From a candidate division WOR-3 bacterium (GTDB lineage Bacteria > Hydrothermota > Hydrothermia > JBDRYB01), in NCBI GenBank assembly GCA_039803205.1, contig JBDRYB010000001.1, forward strand, positions 64,001 through 128,000: DNA of 64,000 bases, in the 5' to 3' direction. Numbering within the stretch: the stretch's first letter is position 1; every line of letters starts with the position of its first letter. Shown in pieces: positions 60,730 to 64,000 of this stretch. The position numbers and the translations under genes are program-made. Below the pieces are notes generated by a model that was not told where the DNA came from, did not search any database, and worked only from the letters and a program-made list of their open reading frames with translations.

Positions 60730-62640
60730 ATGTTTGGACTCATAGCGGTTACCGCGGCACTGCCGACTGAGGTTCATGTGGCCATGGAGGCTATTGACTG
60801 GACGAGAAGGCCGGAAACCCAAGCCGTCCAGCCAGCTCAGAAATTGCCGGGATACGGATTGAATCCTGATCTGCTGAACGCCATTAACGGAGCCATGCCC
60901 AAACCCAATGGTCCCCCATACATAATAGGCGACACTCCCTACGAGACCCTGAGGGTGACCGGGACATGGGAATGGAACGGCGATGTTTTCATAGTCGGGA
61001 ACGGCGTTCTCCTCGTCCAGGGTGGAACCCTGATACTCCACGGGAACATATACGCGATGGGCCAGGGAAAGTTCCTCATATACGATGGCACCGCGAGGTA
61101 TCCCCAGAGCTTCACATACCAGTGGGGAACACTCCTCTCCGAAGACGCGCTCATGGAGGCCAGGCGCTCAGTGCTTGATTACAACAACCTACCCTACAAC
61201 CTCTCGGCCATGGATAACGCCCGTGTGATCTGGGACACACTGACGATCAGAGGCTGGACGACCGCTGGCTGTTGGGGAAGGGCAACCGCGGGTCTCAGGA
61301 AGGTTAATGTGGCCGGAGAGTGGCTCTTCACGGACTCAGCCATTGCCACTTTCAAGGACATAGACACCATGCTCGCTTGGTTCTTCTACGGCCAGGGCGC
61401 GACCATTGACTTCACCTTCCCGAGCTGGGACAACATAGATGTCTTTGAGATGAGGGACGGCATACCTGGTGTCTCAGGCATAAGATACCAGGTAAGGATA
61501 GACACAACCCGTTTTTGCATGTGGGGGACAATACTCATGCCGGGTTGCGATGTCACCTTCAGGGACTCACCAGTGCGCACGGTTGGGATAATGGGCCTCG
61601 GCGCGGATTCCCAGAACCTCTCCGGCCTCGTGAACGGAATGACTTACTCGGATTTCACATTGGGGATGACTGACAGGAGCTTCCGACTCCTCAACACCTC
61701 AGTGATGACATGGAGCCTGTATCCAGCAGAACAGTTCATCCTTACCTTTGACCACTGCATCGTCGGGGAGGTTTTATCCATGGGCCAAGCCCTCGCTTGG
61801 GGCCAGAGCTACTTTCTTGACGGGACAGGGGGCCACTTTGAGGCGAACGGTAATTCCTTCAACATAGCAGTAGCCTCCTCAATGACATGCGAGATATACA
61901 CCCGCGAGAGCGGTATAGGGCTTTTGGCTCTGGTTGGGATCCCGACTGCCTATGGCGGCATATGGGCCAGGAATACCTCAAGGCTCATCCTCGCGGAATG
62001 CCAGTTCCCGGGGAGGCCTGTGGCCTATGATTCCAGCCTAATATGGGTAATGGGAATAGATGAACCCTTTTACGCGCCGACCGAGAGCTATGTGCCGATC
62101 ATCGGGGTAGCCAGCATTATAAAAGGCCCTCTCGCTCCAAAAGGGGGTTTCGATCACTACGACATGTATTGGGCCCCAGCTGAGGACACAACCACATGGT
62201 ATCCCCTGGATAATCCGCACGAGGAGCCTGTTTGGCGGGACACCCTCGCCATATGGGATACCCACGGCCTCGGTTTTGGCACATACTTGGTTAAACTGGT
62301 TCTCTGGGATGATACCCCGGATTCCCTGGCCATAAACGATGTCGTAATCCTGAACTACGAGGACACGACAGGGACAGTGAAGGAGGGGCATGGGATTGGC
62401 AAAAGCGATCTCCTGGCCCTTTCCGGTCCAAAAGGAACAACGCTTGAGCTCAGTTTGGCCAAAGCTGGCCCGGTTGATCTCTGCCTCTACGATATAACGG
62501 GGAAGCGGGTCTCGTCCCTTTTCCGTGGGTTCCTTGAACCAGGACGCTACCCCTTTCCAGTTAAGGCGAAACCAGGAGTCTATTTCGCGAGGCTAGTCTC
62601 GGAAGGCATAACGATAAACAGGAACCTACTGATCCGTTGA
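60730..62640 (+). CDS. Hypothetical exported beta-rich protein with T9SS-like C-terminal domain
   Basis: SD AGGAG; C-terminal LCLYDITGKRV...PGVYFARL...NLLIR. Confidence 0.75.
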   Translation: MFGLIAVTAALPTEVHVAMEAIDWTRRPETQAVQPAQKLPGYGLNPDLLNAINGAMPKPNGPPYIIGDTPYETLRVTGTWEWNGDVFIVGNGVLLVQGGTLILHGNIYAMGQGKFLIYDGTARYPQSFTYQWGTLLSEDALMEARRSVLDYNNLPYNLSAMDNARVIWDTLTIRGWTTAGCWGRATAGLRKVNVAGEWLFTDSAIATFKDIDTMLAWFFYGQGATIDFTFPSWDNIDVFEMRDGIPGVSGIRYQVRIDTTRFCMWGTILMPGCDVTFRDSPVRTVGIMGLGADSQNLSGLVNGMTYSDFTLGMTDRSFRLLNTSVMTWSLYPAEQFILTFDHCIVGEVLSMGQALAWGQSYFLDGTGGHFEANGNSFNIAVASSMTCEIYTRESGIGLLALVGIPTAYGGIWARNTSRLILAECQFPGRPVAYDSSLIWVMGIDEPFYAPTESYVPIIGVASIIKGPLAPKGGFDHYDMYWAPAEDTTTWYPLDNPHEEPVWRDTLAIWDTHGLGFGTYLVKLVLWDDTPDSLAINDVVILNYEDTTGTVKEGHGIGKSDLLALSGPKGTTLELSLAKAGPVDLCLYDITGKRVSSLFRGFLEPGRYPFPVKAKPGVYFARLVSEGITINRNLLIR

Positions 62641-63903
62641 ACCATCGGATTCCTCAAGGGGTGGAGGGCAGACATCCAAAGCGCTTATCGCGATCCTCCT
62701 GAACGCGATCTCCGGCGCAGAGGTCGTTGGGGAGCACGGCCTAGCCTCAAGAGAGGCATTCCGCTGAGCCGCTGATAGCGTGGCAATCCTCAGCGGGCAG
62801 TCAACAACGCAACCAGGATACCATCCATGAGGCCCAAGCCTCAGAACCAGGATGTCATCCCCTCCAATGCCAAAACCCGATGTGTAGCCCGCAAGCGTTA
62901 TCCCACCATCATTTGTTTGCAGAATGCAGGATGCCGCGTCCCAGCCAGGGCTACCAAAGGTCTTTGCCCATATGAGCTCTCCTGAGTCCGAGAGCCCGAG
63001 AACGAGAAAGTTGTAGTGTCCAAAGCTTATGCAACCAGCCACCCCAAAACCTTCGTCCGGCAGTTCTACTATAGATGACGCCCAATCATAGCCACTGCCT
63101 CCGAATCTCTTGGCCCAGATCATCCTCCCTTTCTCGTTGAGCCTGAGAACGAGGGCATCGGGGTCGCCCCTTTTGCTCCTGACCCAACCGGACAAGAGGA
63201 ATCCGTCCGGTATCGCCAAACCCGACTGAATGTAGCCCGAAGCCATATCCAGATACCTGGCCCAGATTATCTCCATGGAAGGGTCAAGGCACACGAGGAG
63301 AGGCCCAGGGCCGTATCCGAGAAGGAGAAACCCCGCATCATGGGCCGCAACGAGGGATGTGATGCTCTCAGAACCGGGGCCGCCTATGGTCTTTGCCCAA
63401 ACCACTTCGCCTTTGTGGTTGAGTCTGAGTAGGAGCATGTCAGAGCCTCCGGAACCGTAGCTGGTCGTGTATCCAGCAAGGAGAAGGTCCCCGTCGGGCA
63501 TCTGAAGGAGCGAATTGATGCAATCGTTTCCAGCGCCCCCAATAACCCTTGCCCAATCAAGTTCCCCATCCGGACCCAGCTTCATGATCAGGGCATCCGC
63601 GCCCCCTGAGCCAAAGCTCCTGGTGTATCCGGCAACCACGAAACCCCCATCAATAGTCCGGATAACCGAATTAGCGTATTCAGAACCAGGCCCCCCTGCG
63701 GCTGTGGCCCACTCTGGTTCCCCAGTAAAACCCATCTTCACAACGAGGACATCCGCGCCGCGCGAGCCAAAGCCCCTCGTGTATCCAGCAAGAACAAAGC
63801 CTCCGTCCGGACAGGATACCATGGAATACACCCAATCATCACCCTGGCCCCCGTAGACCCTCGCGAAAACGGGGAAGTTGACCTGGAGAAGCAGGGCTAT
63901 CAA
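62626..63903 (-). CDS. Diverged 7-repeat beta-propeller-like paralog lacking the C-terminal sorting domain
   Basis: YGG.G.D...S...DGGFVLAGYT.SFG.GG.D.L repeats; YPGCVVDCP...DVCPP linker, then stop. Confidence 0.8.
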   Translation of the reverse strand: MIALLLQVNFPVFARVYGGQGDDWVYSMVSCPDGGFVLAGYTRGFGSRGADVLVVKMGFTGEPEWATAAGGPGSEYANSVIRTIDGGFVVAGYTRSFGSGGADALIMKLGPDGELDWARVIGGAGNDCINSLLQMPDGDLLLAGYTTSYGSGGSDMLLLRLNHKGEVVWAKTIGGPGSESITSLVAAHDAGFLLLGYGPGPLLVCLDPSMEIIWARYLDMASGYIQSGLAIPDGFLLSGWVRSKRGDPDALVLRLNEKGRMIWAKRFGGSGYDWASSIVELPDEGFGVAGCISFGHYNFLVLGLSDSGELIWAKTFGSPGWDAASCILQTNDGGITLAGYTSGFGIGGDDILVLRLGPHGWYPGCVVDCPLRIATLSAAQRNASLEARPCSPTTSAPEIAFRRIAISALDVCPPPLEESDGSTDQ

Positions 63904-64000
63904 CCGCTTATCTTCTTCTTCGCCTTCGCCAGGTTCGCCTTTGCCTTCGCGTGGTTGGGATCAAGCTCAAGAACCTTCTCCCAGTAGTAGATGGCGCCCT
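63900..64000 (-). CDS. Partial: C-terminus of a TPR protein paralogous to 37013..39505
   Basis: ...GAIYYWEKVLELDPNHAKAKANLAKAKKKISG* versus TAVYYWTKVLDLDPNHSKAKKNLAKAKQKMGG*. Confidence 0.8.
   Translation of the reverse strand, partial: GAIYYWEKVLELDPNHAKAKANLAKAKKKISG

Noticed and set aside
60649..61041. Long N-terminal extensions of the HAD and 60574 ORFs
   Set aside because: They overlap each other and the divergent promoters. Motif, SD and -10 positions place the starts at about 60648 and 60730.

Overview
Gene-dense chromosomal window of housekeeping and cell-envelope genes from a diderm bacterium. A PorV-like barrel, T9SS/FlgD-type C-terminal domains, LptC, a V/A-type ATPase, futalosine-pathway MqnD and the DUF39 homocysteine operon suggest an anaerobic FCB-related lineage such as WOR-3 (inference). 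It holds about 60 CDSs (eno, gap, pyrBC, ftsK, accD, deoC, fabD, sdhA-C-D-B, mnmA, tgt, hisS, a phoBR-like pair and others), one tRNA-Ala(GGC) followed by an integrase relic, no CRISPR array and no intact mobile element. The most notable signals are: (1) a three-locus family of secreted beta-propeller-like proteins whose 156-nt repeats have near-identical frameworks, hypervariable codons, gene-conversion-like tracts and a 7-versus-1 repeat count; (2) very short N-terminal export signals without basic residues; (3) many apparently leaderless genes and promoters with 18-bp spacers; (4) a structured leader upstream of the homocysteine operon; (5) scattered V-ATPase subunit genes; (6) apparent depletion of TCGA, ACGT and GTAC. 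All product calls come from motif recognition by eye, not database searches.
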